Positions 1-9,434 of a DNA stretch of 64,000 bases are shown here, piece after piece. The notes below the pieces were generated by a model that had not been told where the DNA came from, did not search any database, and saw only the letters and a list, made by a program, of their open reading frames with translations. The translations under genes and the position numbers were made by a program. The stretch comes from Acidimicrobiia bacterium (GTDB lineage Bacteria > Actinomycetota > Acidimicrobiia > IMCC26256 > JBBRZM01): the NCBI GenBank assembly GCA_038236695.1, contig JBBRZM010000004.1, positions 24,716-88,715 of the forward strand. Direction: 5' to 3'. Positions within the stretch are counted from its first letter, which is position 1; each line of letters begins with the position of its first letter.

Positions 1-695
1 TTCGCGGTTCCGCCGCAACACCGAACATGCGTACCGTCGAAGCCGTGCTGGTGAAGACCATCGAGCGGGTGCTGCGTCATCCCGTCGACCTCACCTTTGC
101 GGGCCGCACCGACGCCGGCGTGCACGCGTGGGGCCAGGTGCTCAACTTTGACGCTGATCCCGGCCTCGACCCATGGCGGTTGCAGGGCTCGCTCAACAGC
201 ATGCTCGGTCCGGAGATCGTGGTGCGCTCCGTCGAGTTGGTCGATGCGCGCTTCGACGCGCGCCGCAGCGCGCAGTGGCGCGCGTATCGCTACACGATCG
301 TGAATCGACCGGTCGTCGACCCGTTTCTCGCCCGGTATGCGTGGTGGATGCCGCAAACGCTCGACCTCGCCGCGCTGCGATTGGGTGCCGACCCGTTCGT
401 CGGCCAGCACGATTTCGCGGCGTTCTGCCGGCAACGGCCGGAAGGCAAGACGACGGTGCGAAGGGTCATGCAGTCGAAGTGGGTCGAGCTTCCCGACAAC
501 GTGCTGCGCTACGAGATCACCGCGAGCGCCTTCTGCTGGCAGATGGTGCGCTCCATCGTGGGCACGCTCGTCGACGTCGGCTTGGGCAAGCTCCGGCCCG
601 GCGATCTCATGGGAATCGTGCGCGGACGCGACCGTGGGGCGGCCGGTCAGTTGGCGCCGCCCCACGGACTCTGTCTCTGGGAAGTCGGGTACTGA
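1..695 (+). CDS. truA: tRNA pseudouridine synthase A, 5' end cut by window edge
   Basis: Frame is open to the window start. Catalytic motif GRTDAGVHAWGQV, then RYEITASAFCWQMVRSIVG, both typical of TruA. Confidence 0.85.
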   Translation, partial: RGSAATPNMRTVEAVLVKTIERVLRHPVDLTFAGRTDAGVHAWGQVLNFDADPGLDPWRLQGSLNSMLGPEIVVRSVELVDARFDARRSAQWRAYRYTIVNRPVVDPFLARYAWWMPQTLDLAALRLGADPFVGQHDFAAFCRQRPEGKTTVRRVMQSKWVELPDNVLRYEITASAFCWQMVRSIVGTLVDVGLGKLRPGDLMGIVRGRDRGAAGQLAPPHGLCLWEVGY

Positions 696-715
696 GCCCG
701 AGTCGATGTTGTGCG

Positions 716-1285
716 TTATGGGCCTGTGCTCGACATGCGCGAACCGCCGGATGATCCCGAGTCGCCGGATGAGCTCGAGTGGGTTGTGGACGTGGTCGAC
801 GACGCTTTGGCCTTCGTCACGGTGATGACGAGCGTGGCCTGGCCCTTGGTGTCGGTGGCGCCGATCACGTTGACGTCATATTTCCCGTCGCTGAGCGAGT
901 AATACGACGAGGAGCCCGAAGAGCCGGAACCCGAGCTGTAGGAGCTGTCCGCCTTGAAACCGGCATCCTCCAGCTTCGACTTGTAGGCCTTCGCGCCGTC
1001 CTTGGTGGCCTTATACGCGATGGTCCACGTGTCGTTGCCGGACGCGGTGACCGAGCCACTGCTCACGATGTCGCTCGTGCTGTTGCTCGGGAGCGGGACG
1101 TCCGACTTCGGGAAGCCGTCGGGAAGTGAACCGCCGCCGATTGTGATGTTGCCGTTCTTGCCGTCACCGATAGTGATCTTCTTGCCGTTCTTGCTGACGC
1201 CGATCTTGTCGCTCCCACCGCCGCCGCAGGCTGCGACGCCAACCACAAGAGCACCCACGAAGAGTGCGGTCGCGAACTTTCGCAT
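716..1285 (-). CDS. putative lipoprotein, Ser/Gly/Thr-rich, tandem paralogue 1
   Basis: Start placed at MRKFATALFVGALVVGVAAC (lipobox) inside the longer ORF 716-1339. Shares the block GGGSLPDGFPKSDVPLPSNSTSDI with the next gene. Confidence 0.6.
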   Translation of the reverse strand: MRKFATALFVGALVVGVAACGGGGSDKIGVSKNGKKITIGDGKNGNITIGGGSLPDGFPKSDVPLPSNSTSDIVSSGSVTASGNDTWTIAYKATKDGAKAYKSKLEDAGFKADSSYSSGSGSSGSSSYYSLSDGKYDVNVIGATDTKGQATLVITVTKAKASSTTSTTHSSSSGDSGSSGGSRMSSTGP

Positions 1286-1416
1286 TTTCCTTGCCCCTTT
1301 TCCCCGGTGCAGACGCGGTCGCCGCGTCCGATCGGACAACGTTACGGCCGCCCCGGGTACGGGCGTACACCCGTTGCGGTCACTGGGTTCGATGCCCGAA
1401 ACGCGGGATGACCGGC

Positions 1417-1917
1417 TCAGGCCGCCGCAGTTGTGGCCGTCGTCGCCGCGTTCGCTCCGACGGTGATGAGCAGCGTGGGCGGGCTCGTGTCGCGGTCGAT
1501 CAGACTCACGGCGTACTTCGCGCTCTCGAACTTGTAGATGACATCGGAGCCGTTTTCGGCGCTCGGGTCGGCCCTGACCGCCTTGAACCGGCCGGCCTCC
1601 AGCTTGGCCTCGTAGGCCGCCGTCCCGTCGCTGGACACCTTGTATTGGACGACCCAGGTCTGAAGGCTGTTCGCCTCGCTGACGCCGCCGGCGATGATGT
1701 CGCTCGTCTTGTCGCTCGGGAGGGGAACGTCCGCCACCGGGAAGCCCTTGGGAAGTTCACCGCCGCCGCCGATCGGGGCGCTGCTGGTGCCGTGAGAGTA
1801 GCCGCGTTCCTTGTTGTCTTTGTTGAGCTGGTCTTTCACGTTCCCGCCGCTTCCGCACGCTGCGGCCCCCAACACAACGGCACCCACGAGGACTGCGGTC
1901 GCGAGCTTTCGCATCAC
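1417..1917 (-). CDS. putative lipoprotein, tandem paralogue 2
   Basis: MMRKLATAVLVGAVVLGAAAC lipobox. The block GGGELPKGFPVADVPLPSDKTSDI parallels the neighbour. Confidence 0.6.
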   Translation of the reverse strand: MMRKLATAVLVGAVVLGAAACGSGGNVKDQLNKDNKERGYSHGTSSAPIGGGGELPKGFPVADVPLPSDKTSDIIAGGVSEANSLQTWVVQYKVSSDGTAAYEAKLEAGRFKAVRADPSAENGSDVIYKFESAKYAVSLIDRDTSPPTLLITVGANAATTATTAAA

Positions 1918-2064
1918 TCTTACCCCTCTCGATGGCGCGGGCCTTTCGGGCGCGTGCGCTCCCGGGCCGCGTCAGCGGCTCGAGAAGGTTTCGTCGCCTG
2001 TTCCGAGCGACTTGAGCGGCGGTTCTTCCGGCCGCGACACACGGCGGGCGGGTAGGTTCGGACC

Positions 2065-3189
2065 ATGAGTCTGCGTCGCTCGGCCGATCCCCAGGTCGCA
2101 CGGTTCCACGAGCTGTGGAGCTCCGAGCTCGCCGGTGCCGCCCTGTACCGTGCGCTGGCGGAGCATGCCGACGAACACCGCAAACCGATCTTCTTGTCGC
2201 TCGCGGAAGCCGAGGAGCGCCACGCCGCGCACTGGGCCCGGCTGCTGCAGGAGCACGGGGTCACCAACCTCGAGCCGCCGCGCCTGCCGTTCCGCGTGCG
2301 GGCGCTCAAGATGCTCGCGAAACGACTCGGCACGGAGTCGGTGTTGCCGATCGTGCTCCGCTCCGAAGCGGCCGACGCCGACAAGTACCGCGGCATCGCC
2401 GAAGCACCCGCGTCGATGGCGGCCCAAGAAGCGGGCCACGGGAGGGTCGTGGCCGCGATGCGCGGCGGCGACACTGCCGGCGGCCGGATCGCCGCGTCGG
2501 AGGGTCGTCACCACGCCAACGTCGGTGGCGCGCTCCGGCCAACGGTGTTCGGCGTCAACGATGGACTGGTCTCAAACTTCTCGCTCGTGATGGGCGTCGC
2601 CGGCGGCACATCGTCCAAGAGCTTTGTGCTCCTTGCCGGGATCGCGGGCGTCGTGGCCGGCGCGTTCTCGATGGCCTCGGGCGAGTGGGTCTCGGTGCGT
2701 TCGCAGCAAGAGCTGTACGAGAACGAGCTGCGCATCGAGGAAGACGAGCTCGCCGCGTTTCCCGACGAGGAGCGCGAGGAGCTCGAGCTCATTTACCAAG
2801 CCAAGGGCATCCACCCCGTCGAAGCGAAGGCGCTCGTCGACAACATCATGGAGCGACCCGACGTCGCGCTCGACACGCTCGCGCGTGAAGAGCTCGGCCT
2901 CGACCCGGGTGCTCTGGGTTCGCCGTGGGTGGCGGCCGGCGCGTCGTTCGCCGCCTTCGCGGTGGGAGCGTCGCTGCCCGTCATCCCGTTCTTCTTCGCC
3001 GGCGGCGCCGCGCCGATCGTGGCGGCCGTGGTGGTCTCGGTACTGGCCCTCTTCGGCGTCGGCGCGGCGATCTCGGTGTTCACAGGCCGCTCCGCCGGAC
3101 GTTCGGGCTTGCGGATGGCCGTCATCGGCGCGCTGGTGGCGAGCACCACCTTCCTCATCGGCAAGGGTGTCGGCGCCGGCGTGGGCTGA
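2065..3189 (+). CDS. VIT1/CCC1-family metal transporter with N-terminal ferritin-like domain
   Basis: N-terminal ELAGAALYRALAE...EERHAAHW (ferritin/rubrerythrin-like), then VFGVNDGLVSNFSLVMGVAG and C-terminal hydrophobic helices. Confidence 0.75.
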   Translation: MSLRRSADPQVARFHELWSSELAGAALYRALAEHADEHRKPIFLSLAEAEERHAAHWARLLQEHGVTNLEPPRLPFRVRALKMLAKRLGTESVLPIVLRSEAADADKYRGIAEAPASMAAQEAGHGRVVAAMRGGDTAGGRIAASEGRHHANVGGALRPTVFGVNDGLVSNFSLVMGVAGGTSSKSFVLLAGIAGVVAGAFSMASGEWVSVRSQQELYENELRIEEDELAAFPDEEREELELIYQAKGIHPVEAKALVDNIMERPDVALDTLAREELGLDPGALGSPWVAAGASFAAFAVGASLPVIPFFFAGGAAPIVAAVVVSVLALFGVGAAISVFTGRSAGRSGLRMAVIGALVASTTFLIGKGVGAGVG

Positions 3190-3323
3190 CCCGACGTGCA
3201 GGCGAGGCGGTCGGGCCGTGGCCCCAATTGCCGCAGGGGCCCTGCTCGGGCTAGATTTTTAGTTCGTGCTCGCCGCAATTGCGGCGGTTCGAGCGCTCGC
3301 AGCACCGCCTCGCGAGGAGCACT

Positions 3324-3773
3324 GTGCGGACCTTCAGCCCCAAGCCTTCCGACATCGAGCGCGCCTGGCACGTCATCGACGCCGATGGCGCGGTCCTGGG
3401 CCGGGTCGCGACCGAGGTCGCCACGCTGCTGCGCGGGAAGCACAAGCCGACGTTTGCTCCGCATGTCGACAGTGGCGATCACGTGATCATCGTCAACGCG
3501 GCGAAGCTCGACATCGGACCACGCAAGGCCGCCGACAAGCGCTACTACCGCCACTCGGGATACCCGGGCGGGTTGCGCAGCGAGTCGCTCGAGCACCTGC
3601 TCGCGCGGTCCCCGGAGAAGGTCGTGCGGCTCGCGGTGAAAGGCATGTTGCCGAAAGGCCCGCTCGGTCGCCGGCTCATCAAGAAGCTGCGCGTCTACGC
3701 CGGCCCCACCCATCCCCACGCCGCCCAAATGCCCCAGCCCCGGCCGCTCACGTCGGCTCGGCGCGCCGGCTGA
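3324..3773 (+). CDS. rplM: 50S ribosomal protein L13
   Basis: [53 protein letters not shown] Shine-Dalgarno lies just upstream of GTG 3324, so the upstream ORF start 3279 was not used. Confidence 0.9.
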   Translation: MRTFSPKPSDIERAWHVIDADGAVLGRVATEVATLLRGKHKPTFAPHVDSGDHVIIVNAAKLDIGPRKAADKRYYRHSGYPGGLRSESLEHLLARSPEKVVRLAVKGMLPKGPLGRRLIKKLRVYAGPTHPHAAQMPQPRPLTSARRAG

Positions 3774-3790
3774 GCACCAGGAGATCTTTC

Positions 3791-4183
3791 GTGTCGAAGC
3801 CGCTCATCCAAACCACCGGTCGTCGCAAGGAAGCAGTCGCGCGGGTGCGGCTGCGTCCGGGGAGCGGCATCATCACCGTCAACGGGCGCACTTTCGAGGC
3901 CCACTTTCCGATTCTCACGCATCGTGTGATCGCGACCGAGCCACTGCGGCTCACGCAGACCGCCGACGTGTACGACGTCGACGCGACGATGGGCGGCGGC
4001 GGTGTGAGCGGGCAAGCGGGTGCATTGCGGCTCGGGATCGCGCGTGCGCTCGTCGCGCTCGACGACGAGCTGCGTCCACCGTTGAAGAAGGCCGGCCTCC
4101 TCACACGTGACGCGCGTGAGAAGGAGCGCCGGAAGTACGGGCTCAAGAAGGCTCGCAAGGCGCCGCAGTACTCCAAGCGGTAG
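3791..4183 (+). CDS. rpsI: 30S ribosomal protein S9
   Basis: GTG 3791 within the longer [17 protein letters not shown]... and the C-terminal [12 protein letters not shown]. Confidence 0.9.
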   Translation: MSKPLIQTTGRRKEAVARVRLRPGSGIITVNGRTFEAHFPILTHRVIATEPLRLTQTADVYDVDATMGGGGVSGQAGALRLGIARALVALDDELRPPLKKAGLLTRDAREKERRKYGLKKARKAPQYSKR

Positions 4184-4265
4184 CGCACGCGGTGCTGCGC
4201 TGTCGGGCTGCCGTACGCGGCCGGGCGCGGCCAACTGGCGCCCGCACTGCACGAGAGATTGGCTC

Positions 4266-5615
4266 ATGACGCTGCGCTTCGGTACCGACGGTGTGCGCGG
4301 CGTCGCGAACGTGGAGCTCACGACGGAACTGGTGCTCGGACTCGGGCGCGCCGCGGCGCGAGTGCTCGGTACCGACGCTCCGTTCATCGTGGGTCGTGAC
4401 ACTCGGCGCTCCGGACCCATGGTCGAGGCCGCGCTCGTTGCCGGGTTGTGCGCCGAAGGCGCGGACGTCGAGCTCGTCGGGATCCTGCCGACACCCGGCG
4501 TCGCCGCGCTCGCGGCGGCGCGGCGAGCGCCCGCGGCAATGATCTCGGCCAGCCACAACCCGTTCCCTGACAACGGCGTCAAGCTCTTCGCGGCGGGGGG
4601 CCGAAAGCTCACTGCAGACGCGGAAGAGCGCGTCGAGATGGAGTTGGGGGCGCTGATCGGTTCGGGGCCGAAGCCCGGGGACTCCGGCACGGCCGTCGGC
4701 ACGGCACGACTTCTCCCCGGCGCGCGTGACGAGTACGTCACCAGCCTCGTCGGCGCGCTTGCCGGTCGAACGCTCGACGGGCTCCGCGTGGTACTCGACT
4801 GCGGTCACGGCGCGGCGTTCGAAGCTGCGCCGGAGGCCCTCCGCCGGCTCGGCGCCGACGTCGAGGTGCATAACGTGGAGCCCGACGGCACCAACATCAA
4901 TGCCGGCTGCGGGTCGACCGACCCGTTATCACTCCAGGCCGCGGTGGTCGCATCCGGTGCCCATGCCGGTCTTGCGTTCGATGGCGACGCTGATCGCGTG
5001 ATCGCGATCGACGAGCACGGCGACATCGTCGACGGCGACCACATGCTGTGTATCGCTGCCATTGATCTTGCGTCGCGTGACGCGCTGCGCGGCAATGCCG
5101 TCGTCGTCACGGTCATGTCCAACCTCGGGCTGCGACACGCGCTCACCGACCGGGGTATCGAAGTGGTGGAGACACCCGTCGGTGACCGCCACGTCATCAG
5201 CGCGCTCGACGAGCGCAAGCTCGCGCTCGGCGGTGAGCAGTCGGGCCACATCATCTTCGCCGACCACGCCACCACGGGTGACGGCACGTTGACCGGGATC
5301 ATGCTGCTCGATGCCATGGCCCGCACCGGCCGTCCGCTCTCGGCGCTCGCGGCCGTGATGACGTCGTTTCCCCAAGTGCTGCGAAACGTGCGGGTTGCCG
5401 ATCGAGCGACGCTCGATGCCGCGGCACTCGACACCGCGGTCGCCGCCAGCATCGCCGAGCTCGGTGACGGCGGTCGTGTACTCGTGCGGCCGTCGGGCAC
5501 CGAACCGGTGGTGCGAGTGATGGTCGAAGCCGCGTCTACGGGGCAGGCGGATCTGGTCGCGGCCCGCCTGGTTGACGCCGTCGAGCAGGCCTACGGCCGG
5601 CCGGCAACGTCGTAA
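4266..5615 (+). CDS. glmM: phosphoglucosamine mutase
   Basis: MTLRFGTDGVRGVAN N-terminus at ATG 4266. Phosphoserine loop ISASHNPFPDNG. Confidence 0.9.
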   Translation: MTLRFGTDGVRGVANVELTTELVLGLGRAAARVLGTDAPFIVGRDTRRSGPMVEAALVAGLCAEGADVELVGILPTPGVAALAAARRAPAAMISASHNPFPDNGVKLFAAGGRKLTADAEERVEMELGALIGSGPKPGDSGTAVGTARLLPGARDEYVTSLVGALAGRTLDGLRVVLDCGHGAAFEAAPEALRRLGADVEVHNVEPDGTNINAGCGSTDPLSLQAAVVASGAHAGLAFDGDADRVIAIDEHGDIVDGDHMLCIAAIDLASRDALRGNAVVVTVMSNLGLRHALTDRGIEVVETPVGDRHVISALDERKLALGGEQSGHIIFADHATTGDGTLTGIMLLDAMARTGRPLSALAAVMTSFPQVLRNVRVADRATLDAAALDTAVAASIAELGDGGRVLVRPSGTEPVVRVMVEAASTGQADLVAARLVDAVEQAYGRPATS

Positions 5616-5627
5616 TCTTCCATTTGT

Positions 5628-8600
5628 ATGTGCGGAATCGTGGCTGTCCTCACGCGGCGAAGCCGCCGAGAGCCGCCGGCGCTCGCCGAGCTCGTCACCC
5701 GGCTCGATGCTGCGGCGACGACGCTCGCGGGTGGCACGCCCCTCGTCGACGCGCTCACCGAGGCCGGCGATCACGTGGGCGCAGTCGACGCCGCACTGCA
5801 CGGCCCCCCGGGTGTGCGCGCGCTACTTTCCGATCCCGAACGCTTCGCCGCTATCGAGTCGCGACTCGACAATCTCATGCGCACCACCGAGCAGATCGAG
5901 GTCCGCCTCGACGCCGACCCCGCTGCGATGCCGCCGGCAGAGCTGGAAGCGGTCAACGCGGCACTGCTCCGGGTGAAGGATGCCCTGTGGTCGGCGCGCC
6001 GAGATCGCCTGCGCACCGCGGCCGCGGTCGCTGAGCTCGGCGGCGGCGACACGAGTCCGGCTGCGCTCGAAGCGTTCACGGCAGTGCATATCGCGTTGTC
6101 GGCGCTCGACCGTCTCGAAGTGCGGGGTCGAGACTCCGCGGGTCTTCATCTGCTCGTGCACGACCATGACCTCGACCTCGCCGACTCCGAGGTCGACACG
6201 CTCGTGCACGCGCGCGCGGCTGATCCACTGTTCGGCTCCGGTTCGGTCCGCACGCCGGGCGGCGCGCTGAGCTTCGTCTACAAAGCGGCGGCCGAGATCG
6301 GCGAGCTGGGCGACAACACGGCGGTGCTGCGCGCCGCGATCATGAACGACGCGCTGTTGCACCGCGCGATAGCCGCCGATTCGGCGCACGTGTCGGTGTT
6401 GGGCCACACGCGGTGGGCGAGCGTCGGCATCATCTCGGAAGCCAACGCGCATCCGCTCAACGGTGAGGAGATCGACAACACCGACGGTCCCTATGTCGTG
6501 GGTGCGGTCAACGGTGACGTCGACAACTACGCCGGTCTGCTCGCGGCCGACCAACTCCGGGTGGCACCGGAGATCACGACCGACGCGAAGGTCATTCCCA
6601 CACTGGTGTCGCGGCGGCTCGCGGGTCGACTCGATGTCGCCGAGGCGTTTCGTGCGACCGTCGCGTCTCTCGAGGGATCGGTCGCAGTGGCTGCAAGCGT
6701 GGGCGCCAATCCGGACGAGCTGCTGCTCGCGCTGCGGGGCAGCGGGCAGGCACTGTACGTCGGGCTCGCGCCCGACGCGTTCGTCGTGGCGAGCGAGCCG
6801 TACGGGCTCATCGAGGAGACGTCGTCGTACCTGCGCCTCGACGGCGAGACCCCGAGCGATCCCGAACGTGCGAGCGCGACCCGCGGTCAGATCGTCGTGC
6901 TCGACGCCGCGCGCGCCGGCGAGCTGGCCGGCATCCGTCGCCTCGCATACGACGGCTCGCCGCTCCCGGTCCTCGAGACTGAGCTGCAGCAGGCGCAGAT
7001 CACGACACGCGATATCGATCGCGGCGATGCTCCGCACTTCCTGTTGAAGGAGATCACCGAGGCGCCCGCGTCGTTCCGCAAGACGTTGCGAGGCAAGATC
7101 GTCGAACGGGACGGGCGACTCGCGGTCGGTCTGGCCGGCGAAACGCTGCCGGAGTCGCTGCGGGCGCGGTTGCGTGCGGGCGAGATCACGCGCGTGTTCG
7201 TGATCGGCCAGGGCACCGCGGCCATCGCCGGCCAGAGCCTCGCGGCCGCACTCTCGACCGCGGCCAGCAATCGATTCGCGGTCGAAGCACTGCCTGCGAC
7301 GGAGCTGTCGGGCTTCCGGCTTCGAGACGACATGTCCGACGCGCTCGTCGTTGCCATCAGCCAGAGTGGCACCACCACCGACACCAACCGCACGGTCGAC
7401 CTGGCGCGTGCGCGCGGCGCGGCGGTTGTCGGCATCGTCAACCGTCGCAACAGTGACCTGGTCGACAAAGCCGACGGCGTGCTGTTCACCTCCGACGGAC
7501 GCGACGTGGAGATGAGCGTCGCGTCGACCAAGGCGTTCTACGCGCAGATCGCGGCCGGTCTGCTGCTCGCGCTGGCGCTGGCCGACGAGGCCGGCGCGCT
7601 CGACGCTGCGTGGGCGCACGAGGTGCTCACCGCGATGCGCGAGCTCCCGGACGCGATGGCGCTCGTGGTGGACCACCGCGAAGAGATCGCGGCCATCGCC
7701 GCCCGCCACGCGCCGTCGCGGCGCTACTGGGCCGTCGTCGGTAACGGCAGCAACCGCATCGCGGCGCAGGAGCTTCGCATCAAACTTTCCGAGCTCTGCT
7801 ACAAGTCGATCGCGTGCGACATCACCGAAGACAAGAAGCACATCGACCTGTCGTCCGAGCCGCTCATCCTGGTGTGCGCGGCCGGGCTGACCGGCTCCAA
7901 CGCCGATGACGTCGCCAAAGAGGTCGCGATCTTCCGGGCGCACCAAGCTGCGCCGCTCGTGATCGCGACCGAGGGCGATGATCGCTTCGCCGCCGCGCTG
8001 GAGACAATCGCAGTGCCACCGGTGCACCCGATGCTCGCGTTCGTGTTGGCGGCGATGGCCGGACACCTCTTTGGCTACGAGGCCGCGCTCGCGATCGACG
8101 CCTCTGCGCGCCCGCTGCTCGAAGCGCGCGCCGCGATCGAAGACGCGATCTCCGAGAATGCGTGGCCCGACGACGCCCTCGCAGAACTGGCCGTCGAGCT
8201 CGAAGGTCCAATGACCCGTTTTCTCGACGAGCTGCGTGACGGCACGTATAACGGACACCTGGAGGCCAGCACGGCCGTGCGAATGACCTCGTTGCTGCGC
8301 TACGCGCTGGGTGTCGCGCCACTCGACCTGTATCAGCTCGAGCACGGCAAGATCGGCACGCCGAGCGCGGTGCTGCAGGATCTGACCGCCGCGCTCAGCG
8401 CGGGTATCGACGAGCTCACGCGTCCCATCGACGCGATCAAGCATCAGGCGAAGACAGTGACCGTCGGTATTTCCCGCTCCGACGAGACCCTGCTGCAGGT
8501 GCCGCTCGTGCACCAGCTCATGGAGACGGGAATCGGGCGCGACAGTCTGAGCTACCGCTCGCTGCGCACGCTCGTTGATCTCGATCCGGCGGTCGACGCG

Positions 8601-9056
8601 ATTACGGGTTTCACGCGATATCACATCGAGGGCGACGTCGAGGGCGATACCGCGACGATCCACGTGGTCGACCGGGGCGGCATCGCGCGTGATCTGCCGT
8701 CGCGCACCGAGAGCGACCCGGCACTTCGGGGCACCAAGCACCGCGCCGCGGTCGAGCGCGAGATCACCGTCGTGCGCGGCGCGCACGACGGACGCACGCT
8801 GATCATCGTGCCCGAGGTCAAGGGCAACCAGACGATCGGGATGACGCTGCTCCACGTGTCCTTCCGCGACCAGCTCGCGCCCGACGTGTTCCGGGCCGTG
8901 CTCCAGGGCTACAGAGGTCGGTACGCGGCGCTGAAGGACGCCGTCACCGAGACCGAGCCCGAGTTCGATGACGCGGTCCTGGGGCGGCTCGGCGTCGTCG
9001 ACGTGCTCACACTGCCCGTACACGTCCTCGCGCAACGGTGGCGCGCGAGCCAATGA
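5628..9056 (+). CDS. GlmS-like glutamine amidotransferase (class II) with two SIS domains, atypically long (1142 aa)
   Basis: MCGIV N-terminal Cys, LEVRGRDSAG, GHTRWAS...NAHP, SIS motifs ISQSGTTTDT and VVGNGSNRIAAQELRIKLSE, GlmS-like tail KHQAKTVTVG. Large insertions and a 195-aa C-terminal extension are also present. Confidence 0.7.
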   Translation: MCGIVAVLTRRSRREPPALAELVTRLDAAATTLAGGTPLVDALTEAGDHVGAVDAALHGPPGVRALLSDPERFAAIESRLDNLMRTTEQIEVRLDADPAAMPPAELEAVNAALLRVKDALWSARRDRLRTAAAVAELGGGDTSPAALEAFTAVHIALSALDRLEVRGRDSAGLHLLVHDHDLDLADSEVDTLVHARAADPLFGSGSVRTPGGALSFVYKAAAEIGELGDNTAVLRAAIMNDALLHRAIAADSAHVSVLGHTRWASVGIISEANAHPLNGEEIDNTDGPYVVGAVNGDVDNYAGLLAADQLRVAPEITTDAKVIPTLVSRRLAGRLDVAEAFRATVASLEGSVAVAASVGANPDELLLALRGSGQALYVGLAPDAFVVASEPYGLIEETSSYLRLDGETPSDPERASATRGQIVVLDAARAGELAGIRRLAYDGSPLPVLETELQQAQITTRDIDRGDAPHFLLKEITEAPASFRKTLRGKIVERDGRLAVGLAGETLPESLRARLRAGEITRVFVIGQGTAAIAGQSLAAALSTAASNRFAVEALPATELSGFRLRDDMSDALVVAISQSGTTTDTNRTVDLARARGAAVVGIVNRRNSDLVDKADGVLFTSDGRDVEMSVASTKAFYAQIAAGLLLALALADEAGALDAAWAHEVLTAMRELPDAMALVVDHREEIAAIAARHAPSRRYWAVVGNGSNRIAAQELRIKLSELCYKSIACDITEDKKHIDLSSEPLILVCAAGLTGSNADDVAKEVAIFRAHQAAPLVIATEGDDRFAAALETIAVPPVHPMLAFVLAAMAGHLFGYEAALAIDASARPLLEARAAIEDAISENAWPDDALAELAVELEGPMTRFLDELRDGTYNGHLEASTAVRMTSLLRYALGVAPLDLYQLEHGKIGTPSAVLQDLTAALSAGIDELTRPIDAIKHQAKTVTVGISRSDETLLQVPLVHQLMETGIGRDSLSYRSLRTLVDLDPAVDAITGFTRYHIEGDVEGDTATIHVVDRGGIARDLPSRTESDPALRGTKHRAAVEREITVVRGAHDGRTLIIVPEVKGNQTIGMTLLHVSFRDQLAPDVFRAVLQGYRGRYAALKDAVTETEPEFDDAVLGRLGVVDVLTLPVHVLAQRWRASQ

Positions 9057-9433
9057 TCGTGGGCGTGGGCACCGACGTCGTCGAGATCGATCGCTTCCAC
9101 CTCGCGATGCAGCGCCGTTCGCAGCTCGGGGAACGTTTGTTCAGTCCCGAGGAACGTGAGTACGCGGCGCGTCATCGCGATCCCACGCCTCGCCTGGCGG
9201 CGCGCTTTGCCGCGAAGGAAGCGGTGATGAAGGCGCTGGGTGTGGGGCTGGGTGCATTCAAGCTGCGTGATGTGGAGGTCGTACGCCAGTCGAATGGAGC
9301 ACCCGTGATCGTGCTGCACGGCCGCGCCTCGACGCTTGCCGACGACCGGGGCGTCGATTGCTGGCATCTGTCGCTGACGCACACCGGGTCGATGGCGATG
9401 GCCGTCGCTATCGCCTCGTCGACGAGGACCTGA
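9053..9433 (+). CDS. acpS: holo-[acyl-carrier-protein] synthase
   Basis: MIVGVGTDVVEIDRF. ATGA overlap with the upstream stop codon. Confidence 0.85.
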   Translation: MIVGVGTDVVEIDRFHLAMQRRSQLGERLFSPEEREYAARHRDPTPRLAARFAAKEAVMKALGVGLGAFKLRDVEVVRQSNGAPVIVLHGRASTLADDRGVDCWHLSLTHTGSMAMAVAIASSTRT

Positions 9434-9434
9434 C

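Noticed and set aside
1381-1400. GGTTCGAT, a tRNA T-loop-like sequence
   Set aside because: The flanking bases do not form a T-stem (3 of 5 pairs), and there is no acceptor stem or anticodon arm. I found no tRNA in the window.
5616-5627. glmS ribozyme upstream of the glmS-like gene
   Set aside because: Only 12 nt separate the glmM stop from the start codon, which leaves no room for a ribozyme. The element is also not expected in this phylum.
5823-9053. 1076-aa ORF on the minus strand, antisense to the glmS-like gene
   Set aside because: It is a mirror ORF of the kind expected in very GC-rich DNA, where stop codons are rare. It has no recognisable motifs. The plus-strand frame carries clear GlmS/SIS motifs and G/C-rich third positions.
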